Positions 47,814-57,946 of a stretch of 64,000 nt of DNA are shown here, piece by piece. The translations under genes and the position numbers were made by a program. The stretch comes from an uncultured Verrucomicrobiae bacterium (GTDB lineage Bacteria > Verrucomicrobiota > Verrucomicrobiia > Limisphaerales > Palsa-1400), in the NCBI GenBank assembly GCA_963764165.1, contig CAVXRD010000002.1, positions 768,001-832,000 on the forward strand. The letters are read 5' to 3'. Below the pieces are notes generated by a model. The model was not told the origin of the DNA and did no database searches. It saw only the letters and a program-made list of their open reading frames with translations. Each line of letters starts with the position of its first letter. Position 1 is the stretch's first letter.

Positions 47814-49072
47814 GCGAATTGTCCGAAAAACTTCTGAAAAGCACGCCCGCTTTCCGCCATCTGCGCATCCGCCGCTTTCTGCAATCCATCCGAGAACTCC
47901 CCCGCATCGCGCCACATTGCCTTCGCCAGTTTCGCCAGCGTCGCTGAAGCATCGGCCTTGGAAAGGTCGACCACTTCCAATCCCTTTCCAAATTGCATCT
48001 GCAAGCCGCAAAATTTATCGACGTAATATTCCGACGCGACCAGGGCGATGACTGGAATCCCCATCGCCAGGGCGAAGACGCCGGCGTGATAGCTGCCAGT
48101 AATTACAACGCGGCATTTTGAAATTTCGCGCATCACTTCGGCCGGTTCCGCCGGCGCAAAACCGAAATTGCCAGAGATTTCCCGCGGCACGATGCGCTGC
48201 AGGGCGATAACGTCTGAATCCTGCGGTTTCGTTTCAATTGGAAGCACGGCCACGCGCGCATTCAACTCCTTCGCCAGATCGCGAAGCGCGGCGGAAACGG
48301 ACTCCATGCCGGAATCGGCAACGCCGGAATAACTCGCCACGCGAACATTGAATCCTATGGCGTTTCCGAGTTTTCCCGGCGTCATTTTTCTGGCCAGAAA
48401 AATGGCATCGTCGCCGGTTACAATGACATCGGTTTTGGTGACGCCGAAAGATTTCAAAAATTCCGGGCCTTTGCGTCCCTCGCGCAGGCTGATCAAGGAT
48501 GCGTGATAGGCGACCGTCTTGAGTTTTTTTTTAATGACAGCATCTGTAAGCGGGCCGAGGCCTTGGCCGAAAAGCGCCGTTGGCTTTCCCATTTTCTGCG
48601 CCAGGGCAAGCGTGTCAAGTATCCCGTCCGCATGGATCGGGAATGAGTCCGTAAAATATCCTCCCCCGGTGGCCACCACCGCATCGCTGGATTTGACTTC
48701 GTTCCAGTATTCATCCAGGGCGCTGCCGCTGTTCGCCGCCGCCCGCGCGCTGAGGCGCATTAAATTGACGGCCGCGCGTGGAAACCGGAATCGAATTTCG
48801 GCATCGAGTTTTCGGAAGCGCTCCTTGTTGGCCTCGCCCACTCTGCGATAGGAAACCGGCAGCACCTTCATCGAGCGCCACGAGGAAAAGCTGGACGCCT
48901 TGGCCGCGTGGCAGCCAGGGCAGAATTTTTCCAGCCGCTCGGGCGCGTGGGTCACCACGTGCAAATCAGCCTTGGGCAGAATTTCACGGATTCGCTGCAC
49001 CGCTGCCTGCAGCATGGCGACGTCTCCCATGTTGGCCAGGGCGTAGCCGCTGTTTTCTATCAGGATCTTCAC
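47810..49072 (-). CDS. Polysaccharide pyruvyl transferase family protein
   Basis: NMGDVAML, GGGYF, GQGLGP, LRE, SYHAGVFAL. Confidence 0.88.
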   Translation of the reverse strand: MKILIENSGYALANMGDVAMLQAAVQRIREILPKADLHVVTHAPERLEKFCPGCHAAKASSFSSWRSMKVLPVSYRRVGEANKERFRKLDAEIRFRFPRAAVNLMRLSARAAANSGSALDEYWNEVKSSDAVVATGGGYFTDSFPIHADGILDTLALAQKMGKPTALFGQGLGPLTDAVIKKKLKTVAYHASLISLREGRKGPEFLKSFGVTKTDVIVTGDDAIFLARKMTPGKLGNAIGFNVRVASYSGVADSGMESVSAALRDLAKELNARVAVLPIETKPQDSDVIALQRIVPREISGNFGFAPAEPAEVMREISKCRVVITGSYHAGVFALAMGIPVIALVASEYYVDKFCGLQMQFGKGLEVVDLSKADASATLAKLAKAMWRDAGEFSDGLQKAADAQMAESGRAFQKFFGQFA

Positions 49073-50346
49073 GCTGCCGCGGCCTCGGCGAATTTCCAGC
49101 GGTGGGGAAAAGTCACGCTGCCATAGCCGGGATTGTCCACCATCGGGCGGCCGCGCACCACACCCTCTTCAACATCAAACACCGCGGCAGCTTCGATATG
49201 GTCCTGCATTTCGCCTTCGGCAATGATGGCGGCGTTGATGCGGTAGCGCCCCGGCAGAAACAAAACCTCCTCAGTCTCCCAAGAGAAAACGGCTTCGCCC
49301 GGGCCGGTGACCACGTCCTGCTCGCCGCGCCGCGCGCTCGAAAAATTCACCACCGCCAGGCCGCTTTGGTCGTAGACGGTGAAACCGAACAGCATGCCTT
49401 TGGCAATTCTGTCAAACCGAAAAATCATTTTGGCGGGAGCGCCAATGCTCAGGCGGCCGGATTGCGGCGCGGCCGGATTGAGAATTTCGACAGAGCAAAG
49501 CCGCGCGCCGCCTTTGCCGCCGCGATCCTTGCGATCTTTCAAGTCTATTTTCTGCGTTTGCTCGAGCGCGTTGAGATACTGCGCCACGGTTTCGTTCGGC
49601 GTGCCGTCAAATACATAGCGCCCCGATTGGAGCAGCAGGGCGCGGCTGCACAGCGTTTGCACGACGGACATGTTGTGGCTGACGAAAAGAATGGTGCGCC
49701 CGCTGCGGCTCACTTCGCCCATTTTGCCAATGCATTTCCTTTGAAAGGCGGCATCGCCCACCGCCAGCACTTCATCCACGATCAAAATGTCCGGCTCCAA
49801 GTGGGCCGCGACGGCGAAGGCGAGGCGGACATACATGCCGCTCGAATACCGCTTCACCGGAGTGTCAATAAATTTTTCAATTTCCGCGAAAGCGATGATC
49901 TCGTCCAGTTTCCGCTTGATCTCGACGCGCGGCATTCCGAGGATGGCGCCGTTGAGAAAAATATTTTCGCGGCCGGAAAGCTCCGCGTGAAAGCCGGTTC
50001 CCACTTCAAGCAGACTCGCCACCCTTCCCGTGATCTCAACTTCCCCCTCCGTCGGTTCAGTGATGCGGCTGAGAATTTTTAGAAGCGTCGATTTGCCGGC
50101 CCCGTTGCGGCCGACGATGCCGAGCGTTTCGCCACGCCGGATTTCAAATGACAAATCGCGCAAGGCCCAGAATTCCGAAAGAGATTCTCCAGCCTCCGCT
50201 TTTTTCGCCGAGGACCGCTTGAAGGGTTTCGTCACGAAATCGTTCAAAACGTGCCGCAGGCCGCGGCCTCCCTCAAAATTCTGGCCAAGGCGATATTTTT
50301 TGCCGAGCTTGTCGACGCGTAAAATGATGTCGGACATGAAAATCAA
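49069..50346 (-). CDS. wzt: Polysaccharide ABC transporter ATPase with Wzt_C domain
   Basis: GRNGAGKST, YSSGMYVRLAF, DEVLAVGD, C-terminal extension. Confidence 0.95.
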   Translation of the reverse strand: MIFMSDIILRVDKLGKKYRLGQNFEGGRGLRHVLNDFVTKPFKRSSAKKAEAGESLSEFWALRDLSFEIRRGETLGIVGRNGAGKSTLLKILSRITEPTEGEVEITGRVASLLEVGTGFHAELSGRENIFLNGAILGMPRVEIKRKLDEIIAFAEIEKFIDTPVKRYSSGMYVRLAFAVAAHLEPDILIVDEVLAVGDAAFQRKCIGKMGEVSRSGRTILFVSHNMSVVQTLCSRALLLQSGRYVFDGTPNETVAQYLNALEQTQKIDLKDRKDRGGKGGARLCSVEILNPAAPQSGRLSIGAPAKMIFRFDRIAKGMLFGFTVYDQSGLAVVNFSSARRGEQDVVTGPGEAVFSWETEEVLFLPGRYRINAAIIAEGEMQDHIEAAAVFDVEEGVVRGRPMVDNPGYGSVTFPHRWKFAEAAAA

Positions 50347-51380
50347 CAGGCCGCGAAGGCGGACATTTGACTGGAAAACCTATCGCCGTCCCAATCGCGG
50401 ACGAAGAAGCGGGGCAGCTCAAACAAACTGGAATCGCGCCTCACGCAGCAAGGCATGGCGGAAAATGCGCAGCGAAAACGCGCCTCTTGCAGAATGGCCG
50501 TCGTCTCCTTCGTGTAATCCGTGTCGCCGCCGAACGGAAATGAAAACGTGTCGACTGGTTTTCCGAGCATGTCCTCAAGAGCCCGTTTGCTGCCGCGAAT
50601 TTCCGTCGATTGGTCAGCGGCGGATTGGCGCGACAATTTCGGATGGCGCATCGTGTGCGCGCCGATTTCCACCAAGCCGCTTTCAGCCAGCTTCCGCATT
50701 TCATCGGCTGTCATCGACACGTGGGATTTGCGCGGCGTTCGATCGTCGCCCGCCCACGCCGCCACTGCCGCCAGAACATCCTCCCTTCGCTCGGGGATCA
50801 GCTCCTTCATGCGGCTCGACAACTCGGCATACAGGCGATGGCGCTCGCTGGGAATCTCGTTTTGGAAAACATCCCAACTGTCCGCCAGTGGTTGCGCAAA
50901 TGCTTTCTGAGAGATTTTCCAAAAGAAGCGTTCGTCTCCAATATCCATCGCCAAAGTTTCTGGCAGCGGCGAAGGCGCAAACAGAATCCGCTCCAGCTCA
51001 TCCCACCAAAACTCCGATTTCGCGCCAATGTTCCCGCTCGCCACAAAAACCACCGCGGGAATCTCGAATTTTTCCAGAACCGGTTTGGCGTTTGCAAAAT
51101 TGTCCGCATAGCCATCGTCGAACGTGACGAGGACGGCGTTGCGCGGGATTTTATTTTTCGTGACTGCCTGCACAAGCTGGCGCGTGGACAGCGGCTGAAA
51201 TTTTTCCCGCAGAACCTGCATTTGCTCCCCGAATTGATCCGGTCGCACCGACAGCCACTGCGGATCGAAGGGCAAATCGACGACACGGTGATAAAGCAGA
51301 ACACGGATCCCGGGCGTGAGGCGTTTCGCCGCCTGCCGCGCGACATGCCGGATTCTTCCAATGCCGCGCACTCTCATCAA
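50343..51380 (-). CDS. Polysaccharide deacetylase (NodB/CE4)
   Basis: LLYHRV, VTFDDGY, GAHTMRHP, FSFPFG. Confidence 0.92.
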   Translation of the reverse strand: MMRVRGIGRIRHVARQAAKRLTPGIRVLLYHRVVDLPFDPQWLSVRPDQFGEQMQVLREKFQPLSTRQLVQAVTKNKIPRNAVLVTFDDGYADNFANAKPVLEKFEIPAVVFVASGNIGAKSEFWWDELERILFAPSPLPETLAMDIGDERFFWKISQKAFAQPLADSWDVFQNEIPSERHRLYAELSSRMKELIPERREDVLAAVAAWAGDDRTPRKSHVSMTADEMRKLAESGLVEIGAHTMRHPKLSRQSAADQSTEIRGSKRALEDMLGKPVDTFSFPFGGDTDYTKETTAILQEARFRCAFSAMPCCVRRDSSLFELPRFFVRDWDGDRFSSQMSAFAAC

Positions 51381-52201
51381 ATGACATCCGCAAAAGAGCG
51401 TTCCGTCTTGCGAAAATACCAGAGGCCCGTGACCAACAAAACAACGACCAAAACCACCGGAAAGACGAAACCCGTCACATCAAGCTTGTTATCCCCGCCG
51501 AGGATGGCCCAGCGAAAGCCGTCAATGACGCCCACCATCGGATTCAGGGAATAGAGCCAGCGCCATTTCTCGGGAACCTTGTCGATTTGATAGGCAAGCG
51601 GGGAAAGGAAGAATCCGAATTGCATGATGAACGGCACCAGGACTCGAAAATCCCGATACTTGACGGTCAAAGCCGCCAGCCAGATGCCGCCGCCAATGGC
51701 CGCCGCGGTCGCCAGCAGGAGGAAGGCCGGCAAAAGAACGATTCGCCACGTCGGCGCAAAATGATACCAAGCCATCATGAACGCCAGAATGAGAATGGAT
51801 ATGGCGAGATCAACCAGCCCGGTCACGACCGAACTCAGCGGAACGATCAGCCTGGGAAAGTAGATCTTCGAGATCAAATTGGCATTTCCAACCACGCTGC
51901 TGCTCGATTCGGAAAGGGAGCCGGCGAAAAAATTCCACGGCAGCAAACCCGCAAAAACCATTAATGGGAACGGCGCATTTCCAGACGAAACCTTTGCCAC
52001 CTTTCCGAAAACAAGAACCAGCAATGCGGTCGATGCGATGGGACGAATGACCGACCACGCCACCCCGACCACGGTTTGTTTGTAGCGCACCAGGATGTCT
52101 CGCCAGGCCAAAAAGAAGAAAAGTTCCCGATATTTCCAAAAATCCCGCCAGTATTGCCTCTCCGTTTGGCCGGGCCTGATGATGATGGTGTCTGGGTTCA
52201 T
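51377..52201 (-). CDS. wzm: Polysaccharide ABC transporter permease
   Basis: RDILVRYKQT, KIYFPR, NPMVGVIDGFRW, ERSFADVI. Confidence 0.95.
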   Translation of the reverse strand: MNPDTIIIRPGQTERQYWRDFWKYRELFFFLAWRDILVRYKQTVVGVAWSVIRPIASTALLVLVFGKVAKVSSGNAPFPLMVFAGLLPWNFFAGSLSESSSSVVGNANLISKIYFPRLIVPLSSVVTGLVDLAISILILAFMMAWYHFAPTWRIVLLPAFLLLATAAAIGGGIWLAALTVKYRDFRVLVPFIMQFGFFLSPLAYQIDKVPEKWRWLYSLNPMVGVIDGFRWAILGGDNKLDVTGFVFPVVLVVVLLVTGLWYFRKTERSFADVI

Positions 52202-52509
52202 TTTAGAAAAAGCTCCGCCCCTGGCCAAATCTCTGCTCTTCGCAAAGAGGCTTCTATCAACATTTTACCTATAATTTCCCACGCGCTACAACTGACCAAG
52301 CTGACAATGTAAACTACAAGATCACGCCGCAACCCACAAGACGATTCGCCCGGAAACCGCCTCGTTTGCCAACTATGGCAATCCTCGTTTCCGAGCAATT
52401 GCCCTGCCAGTTCAAATTCTGATACCGTTTCTCGATGAAAGCATTCTGAAATATAAGAACCGATATATAATACCTTGAACCCTTTAAAAGATTATATATG
52501 ATAATTTAT

Positions 52510-52842
52510 ATGCGATCAGCGATCCATGATGTTTTCCCGCCGCCACTGCGGCAATCCATGTCTAAATTCGGTCACGATCTGGCAGTGGCTCGCCGCAAGC
52601 GCCACTTCACGATCGGAATGATGGCAGAGCGAACCGGCTTGGCGAAAAGCACGTATGCGCGGATCGAGAAAGGCGATCCATTTGTGGGCATGGGTGCGTA
52701 TGCCATGACCCTTTTCGTTTTGGGTTTTGGCGAGATTTTGAGCGATCTGGCAGACGTTCGGCGCGACAAAGCAGGGCTGCTTTTAGACGAAGAACGGCTG
52801 CCAAAGCGGGTGCGCGTCAAAAAAAACCCCACGGCATTGTGA
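52510..52842 (+). CDS. XRE-family HTH protein (HipB-like antitoxin)
   Basis: ARRKRHFT..MAERTGLAKSTYARIEKGDP; GTGA overlap with the hipA remnant. Confidence 0.85.
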   Translation: MRSAIHDVFPPPLRQSMSKFGHDLAVARRKRHFTIGMMAERTGLAKSTYARIEKGDPFVGMGAYAMTLFVLGFGEILSDLADVRRDKAGLLLDEERLPKRVRVKKNPTAL

Positions 52843-53156
52843 AACGAACGATCCAAGTTTTTGTGGGCGACGCAGCGAAAAGGGTTGAGACCTTGCACTA
52901 TGATGCGGTCGGCGCCCGCATTCGACCTCAACCCTTTCCCGGACCGCGCGCGTGAGTCGAAGACTTGGATTTCGGAGGACACCGACCCCGCGGGAACCAT
53001 CGCGGCGCTTCTTTCGGTTTTACGGAACGCGCCTTGTCAAGGTGGCGTAGTACAGGGGCGGATCTTGGCATGACGGCCGAGGAGCTGGATCAACTCGCCG
53101 ACGCCTTCGAACACCCTGAGAGGGAGGCGGCGCACCAGGCAATAAGAAAGGCTTAA
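52839..53156 (+). pseudogene. hipA: HipA-family kinase toxin remnant with internal deletions
   Basis: N-terminus MKRTIQVFVGD...LHYDAVGAR joined out of frame to APAFDLNPFP, then to a third frame ending AFEHPERE. Confidence 0.78.
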
Positions 53157-53185
53157 TTGAGCTGGCTATTCGGTGAGATGTGCTG

Positions 53186-55621
53186 CTATCTCCCTTTCTC
53201 TTCCAATAATTGCTCTGCCAGCTTAATCCCTGTTTTGGCGGCTTCTTCGAGTTCGCCTAGAGAACGTTCGGTGTCGAAAATGATCCAACGTATTCTCGGC
53301 AGGTTTGAGGCATCGGCCAGAGTCCCCAATTGGACCAAATCGCGATCTCGCGGAGGCAGTTGGTAAATAGCTTCGGCAGCTTCCAATTCTTTGGCAGCAT
53401 TCTTCGCAGTCGACGGATCGACTTGCCATCGATGGGAAGCGCTGGACCAGATCGTCTTGGCGGCTTGGATGGATTCGGCGAATTTGCCGAGTTGAAAGTA
53501 AGCCCGGCTGCGCACGTAATTGGCGCGCAGCGAATCGACCTTTAATAAATTCAGCGCCAGATCGGGGCGCCGGACATTCAGAAAATCCTCGGCACGAAGA
53601 TCCGCCGGCGCGTTTGTGCTGAGGCGCTCGAAGGCAAGATACGCCGCCCTCCGCATTGATTTTCCGAGAGCAAACGTGCCAAGCTCCTGCATCCCGGCGT
53701 CGGTATTGGGAGTGACTTTCCAGAGCAGATCTCCGTCTGGCTTGATGGACCATGCGATATTGAGAACCTCATTCAGATTCTCGGGAAATTCCGCCGCCGC
53801 GCGCAAGAACGGCAGGTCAGCCTCGCCTTCCTTCGCGAATTGGTGGGCGAAATGCAGCGCGACTCCCGCCGTGGTGGGTTCGAGGTGGATGATGCGCCAC
53901 GCTTCCGCGAATCGGCCATTCGGATATGCGGTCATGTAGGACAGGAAATAATCCCACCGCAGCCGCCAATTAAGCGGGTCGAGCCGGCGCTCGCGTTGAA
54001 TCTCCGCTTCGATCCCGGGGACAATTGGAACTCCGAGAATGCGGCGGGAATCCTTCCAGGCGATTAATTTCTCCATTTTCTGCACGCGATCAAAATACCC
54101 GGGCCACAACAGGAGGGATCTGGCATAAAGGGCGGCTTCCTCGGTGCCAGTGCGGGATCGTTCGGCCTGTTCGTTAAGCTCCCACGAATAGGCATTCGCG
54201 GCGCAAACCGCCAGCAGCGCCAGCGCAAAACCAACCCGTCCGAACACCGCCAGGCGGGTGGGCGGAGGCAGCAGCGCGGGCTGGCGGGGAAGATCGCGCA
54301 TGCCGTGCAGCCATCCCAAAATGGCCGCCACCAGCATTGTGGCCGCCGTGATGTGAAAAACGAACTCAACGTACGAATGCACCAAAAAAGCGATCACGGC
54401 CGCCAGCGCGCCAATCACCATCGGCTCCCCAGTGCGGCGCGCAAATTGGAAGAGACTGCCGAGCGACCACGCGAGCAGGGCAAGAAACAGCAGAGTCAGG
54501 GGCCAACCGCTTTCCGCCAAGCTTTGCAGGTATTCGTTTTCGGCGAACAGAGCCGTCGAGCCGGTCACCTCCGTCCGGTAATGAGCGAAGGCAACGTCAA
54601 ACGAGCCGGGCCCAACCCCGCAGAGCGGAAAGGCGCGCACGATTTTCCAAGTCTCGCGCCAGATGACATCCTTGTAGGAGAACGTGTGCGCCGCGGCAAG
54701 GCGGTCCAGCGCATGGCCGCTGGCATAGATCATGGCCGCCATGGCAAGGATCGTTCCAAAGATCAGTCCGGCGGAAACTTTGAAACGGACTTCCGCCATG
54801 AAAACAAGTGCCACTCCAAAAAAAATGATTCCGGCCACAAACGCGATCGGGGCGCCGCGCGAGCCGCAGAGAAACGCCATCAGCGCGGCGAACGCGATGC
54901 TCAGTCCAGCAAACGCGGCGGAGCGAGGCGATGGATATGTTATCGCGGGATGTGCGCTCCCCGATTTCACCGAAGCCTGGGCGAGCCAGCCGAGGACGAA
55001 GAGCGTGGCCACAAAAATCCAATCGGCGAAATGGTTTCGATTCGCAAACGTGCCCGCGCCATGGTGGGAGTAGTCCTGCCAGATGCCAAGAAACTTATCG
55101 CCGCCGTGAATGCGATACCAAACATCGCTGCCCGCCAGCGCAACCAAGGCAAGGCACAGCGCCATGACGAACGCGCGGTGCAGGCCCATTTTCGCCACGC
55201 GCCGCCCAAGGCAAAATGTCACCCCAACCAACAGCAGTTCCCAAACACGCTGCTGGCCCGCCGCCGGGGAAAGCGTGAGCGTCAGGTATCGGATGGTCTC
55301 ATTTGGAGCCAGTGGAAATTCTTTGGCGAGGGCGAGGCGTTCGGGCGAAATCAGCCCAACAACACTTGCGGGCAGCGGCGCCAGCGGCAGGATCAATCCC
55401 AAAAAAATCAGCACCCACCAACCCGCGCGGACGGCGCGTGGGAGGCTTGAAGGATAGGCGGGCTCGAAAATCAAAGCCAGCAAGCTAAGGCCGAGCAATG
55501 CTCCGACCATCGCCTGCTGCAAAGGTTTGACAGAACCAAACAAGACTGGCGCAAGGGCCAATCCCGCCAGGAAAGGAATCAGCTTCCACGCAGCCGGAGC
55601 GCGTTCCGTTTGCTGCGCCAT
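53186..55621 (-). CDS. O-antigen ligase family (Wzy_C) protein with helical C-terminal extension
   Basis: GTFANRNHFA, GSRGA, GVGPGSF, AENEYLQ..AESG, HSYVEF. Confidence 0.85.
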   Translation of the reverse strand: MAQQTERAPAAWKLIPFLAGLALAPVLFGSVKPLQQAMVGALLGLSLLALIFEPAYPSSLPRAVRAGWWVLIFLGLILPLAPLPASVVGLISPERLALAKEFPLAPNETIRYLTLTLSPAAGQQRVWELLLVGVTFCLGRRVAKMGLHRAFVMALCLALVALAGSDVWYRIHGGDKFLGIWQDYSHHGAGTFANRNHFADWIFVATLFVLGWLAQASVKSGSAHPAITYPSPRSAAFAGLSIAFAALMAFLCGSRGAPIAFVAGIIFFGVALVFMAEVRFKVSAGLIFGTILAMAAMIYASGHALDRLAAAHTFSYKDVIWRETWKIVRAFPLCGVGPGSFDVAFAHYRTEVTGSTALFAENEYLQSLAESGWPLTLLFLALLAWSLGSLFQFARRTGEPMVIGALAAVIAFLVHSYVEFVFHITAATMLVAAILGWLHGMRDLPRQPALLPPPTRLAVFGRVGFALALLAVCAANAYSWELNEQAERSRTGTEEAALYARSLLLWPGYFDRVQKMEKLIAWKDSRRILGVPIVPGIEAEIQRERRLDPLNWRLRWDYFLSYMTAYPNGRFAEAWRIIHLEPTTAGVALHFAHQFAKEGEADLPFLRAAAEFPENLNEVLNIAWSIKPDGDLLWKVTPNTDAGMQELGTFALGKSMRRAAYLAFERLSTNAPADLRAEDFLNVRRPDLALNLLKVDSLRANYVRSRAYFQLGKFAESIQAAKTIWSSASHRWQVDPSTAKNAAKELEAAEAIYQLPPRDRDLVQLGTLADASNLPRIRWIIFDTERSLGELEEAAKTGIKLAEQLLEEKGR

Positions 55622-55640
55622 AACTCAGCAGACCGTGATG

Positions 55641-57932
55641 CTATTTCTTGCTTTCCGACGGTGTCTCGGATCCACTCTCGGCGCCGACTGCTTCCTTGCC
55701 GTCGGGATTGGAGCGCGGCTCCAAGCGGCGGCGGCGGACGGTTGTCGTCTTGACAACGGACATCGGCTCGCCGCCATCCGGGCTGTCTTCAACGGTGTAA
55801 TAGCTGTAATAATACTGCTGATAATAATAGTACGGATTATCGGGCCGAATTCCGTTCAATACCAGCCCAAGTATCTTGCCGCCGCGCTGGCGGATGGATT
55901 CGAGCGCTGTCTTGGCGAAACGCATCGACGTCTGGCCCGACATGATGACAAAGATAACTCCGTCGGAAAAACGCGCCAGCGAATAAGCGTCGTCGATCGC
56001 CGTCAGCGGCGGACAGTCAAAGATGACGTAATCGAAATTATTGCGCAGTTCCTGAATCATCGGCCGGGTCACCGACCCGATCAGCAATTCGCCCGGGTTG
56101 GGCGGCAGCGCGCCTGTCGAGATGATGCGAAGTGACTCGATGGGTGTCTGGCGGGCGACATCTTTCCATTTTGCCTTCCCGGCGAGAACTTCGGCCAAGC
56201 CCTGCTCGCGTTCCCACTTAAAGTAAGCATGAACGTTTCCGCGGCGAAGATCGCCGTCAATGAGCAGCACGCGGTGGCCGGCGAAAGCCAAGGTGACCGC
56301 GAGGTTGGTGGTAATGGTCGTTTTGCCGTCGCCGGGAGCGGCGCTGGAAACGATGAGGACCTGGCATTCAGCCGGCTTGGCGGGCGCTTCGCCGCCATCA
56401 GTGAACATGATGGACGAACGCACCCCGCGCAACGACTCGGCGAACATGTTGTGCTTGTCCAGATTGGATACCAAAATTCGCTTGTCCGCCAGGGCCTTGG
56501 TGTTGATGAGCGGAATCTGGCCGATGATGCGTTCTTCCAATTCCGCTTCAATGTCTTCCGCCAATTCGAGGCGGTCATCGAGGCGGCCCAGCAGATAGAT
56601 CAAGCCGAGGCCGATGACGGTGCCCAAAAGCAATCCGCCCATCACCATCTTGGGGCGATTCGGGCTGACGGGCGCGGGATCGCCCACGCCCTCCACATCG
56701 ATGCTGAAGAACCCGTCTTCCATCGGGGTGGCGGCAATGGCCTGAGCCTGCTTTTGAAGGTTATCGAGAGTCTGTTTGATGTTCGATTCGTTTTCGCGGA
56801 GCTGCTCAAATTGGTATTGAATGGTGCTTTTGGCCAGAACCTCCTGGCGCGCTTCGTCAATGATGGGAGTCAAGCCGTCCTCATCCCGCTGCAATTCTTG
56901 AATCTGGGCCAGGCGCCGGTTTTCAATCTGTTCCAGGAAATAGCGGATCTGCTGTTTGACGGCAGCCAATTCCTTGGTCAGATACTTCATATAGGGATGG
57001 CCCGGCAGAAGTGTCGCCGTTCGCAGTTCCAGCTCGGATTCCAGACCGCGCTGTTTCAATTTCAAATCGCCGTACTTGGCGCTCTCGACCACCGCCAACG
57101 GATCCGAAGACATGTTACCCTGCGAACCCGGCCCGTTGGTGCCGCTCTCGCGATTTGGAACGACGGTTGGAATCGTCGCGCCTTCGGCGATCTCCTCCGG
57201 CTTTCGATTCTGCAGTTCCTCGCGCCTGATCTTGATGTCCTGACTCTCGCCCAGCAATTTATCGAGGCGCGCTTGCGCGGCGGCGCCGGCTTCAGAAATG
57301 CTGCCGATCTTGTTCTTGCTCTCGAACTCGCGCAGCGCCTCCCGCGCGGCATCCAAGGCATCTTGCCGGCGCTTGATTTCGTTGCTGACTTCCAGGGCAT
57401 TCTTGTCAAGGGCGGATTCGCGGAGTTGCGTTTTGTAGGCGATAAACTCGCGCGCCCACAGGGTGGCGTATTGCTTGGCGAAGTTGAGATCGGTCGAGTC
57501 CACCTGCATGACGATCGATACCGGGCCTTTGTAAACTGAGGGAGCGGAGAAGAACCCCTCCTTTTTTGGCACTGAATCGCGAAGCTGATCCCGGACCCGA
57601 GTCTGCACATGATCGCTATTCATGTAGTCAATCTGCTTCTCGTAAAAGGTGCCCAATTCCTCCTGATATTCCGCCTGGGTCTTATAGGGAGTTTGTATGC
57701 GCGGGGCAACGCCAATCTTGGAGACCGCACGGTAAACGTCCGGCATGTTGATCGCCCGATAGGCGGAAATGCCGACGGCGATGGCAATCGAAGCCGCCAG
57801 GATGTACCACCGCTCCTGCACCCATTTAATGTAACGGCGCAAGCGGAAGAACAGGTTGACCCGGTCCACGAGCCACGTTCCCAAGAGCAAGCCACTCTTC
57901 TTTTTTGGATATCCAGGCATATTTTTAATCAA
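55641..57932 (-). CDS. wzc: Polysaccharide co-polymerase/tyrosine autokinase
   Basis: Two TMs around a coiled coil, PVSPN, Walker A PGDGKTT, DGDLRR, DCPP, Tyr cluster YYYYQQYYYSYY. Confidence 0.93.
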   Translation of the reverse strand: MIKNMPGYPKKKSGLLLGTWLVDRVNLFFRLRRYIKWVQERWYILAASIAIAVGISAYRAINMPDVYRAVSKIGVAPRIQTPYKTQAEYQEELGTFYEKQIDYMNSDHVQTRVRDQLRDSVPKKEGFFSAPSVYKGPVSIVMQVDSTDLNFAKQYATLWAREFIAYKTQLRESALDKNALEVSNEIKRRQDALDAAREALREFESKNKIGSISEAGAAAQARLDKLLGESQDIKIRREELQNRKPEEIAEGATIPTVVPNRESGTNGPGSQGNMSSDPLAVVESAKYGDLKLKQRGLESELELRTATLLPGHPYMKYLTKELAAVKQQIRYFLEQIENRRLAQIQELQRDEDGLTPIIDEARQEVLAKSTIQYQFEQLRENESNIKQTLDNLQKQAQAIAATPMEDGFFSIDVEGVGDPAPVSPNRPKMVMGGLLLGTVIGLGLIYLLGRLDDRLELAEDIEAELEERIIGQIPLINTKALADKRILVSNLDKHNMFAESLRGVRSSIMFTDGGEAPAKPAECQVLIVSSAAPGDGKTTITTNLAVTLAFAGHRVLLIDGDLRRGNVHAYFKWEREQGLAEVLAGKAKWKDVARQTPIESLRIISTGALPPNPGELLIGSVTRPMIQELRNNFDYVIFDCPPLTAIDDAYSLARFSDGVIFVIMSGQTSMRFAKTALESIRQRGGKILGLVLNGIRPDNPYYYYQQYYYSYYTVEDSPDGGEPMSVVKTTTVRRRRLEPRSNPDGKEAVGAESGSETPSESKK

Positions 57933-57946
57933 GTTGAATTGTCAAC

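Noticed and set aside
48778..57539. Long plus-strand ORFs 48778-50082, 50030-51127, 54305-55450 and 56229-57539
   Set aside because: Antisense shadows of wzt, the deacetylase, the ligase and wzc in GC-rich DNA.
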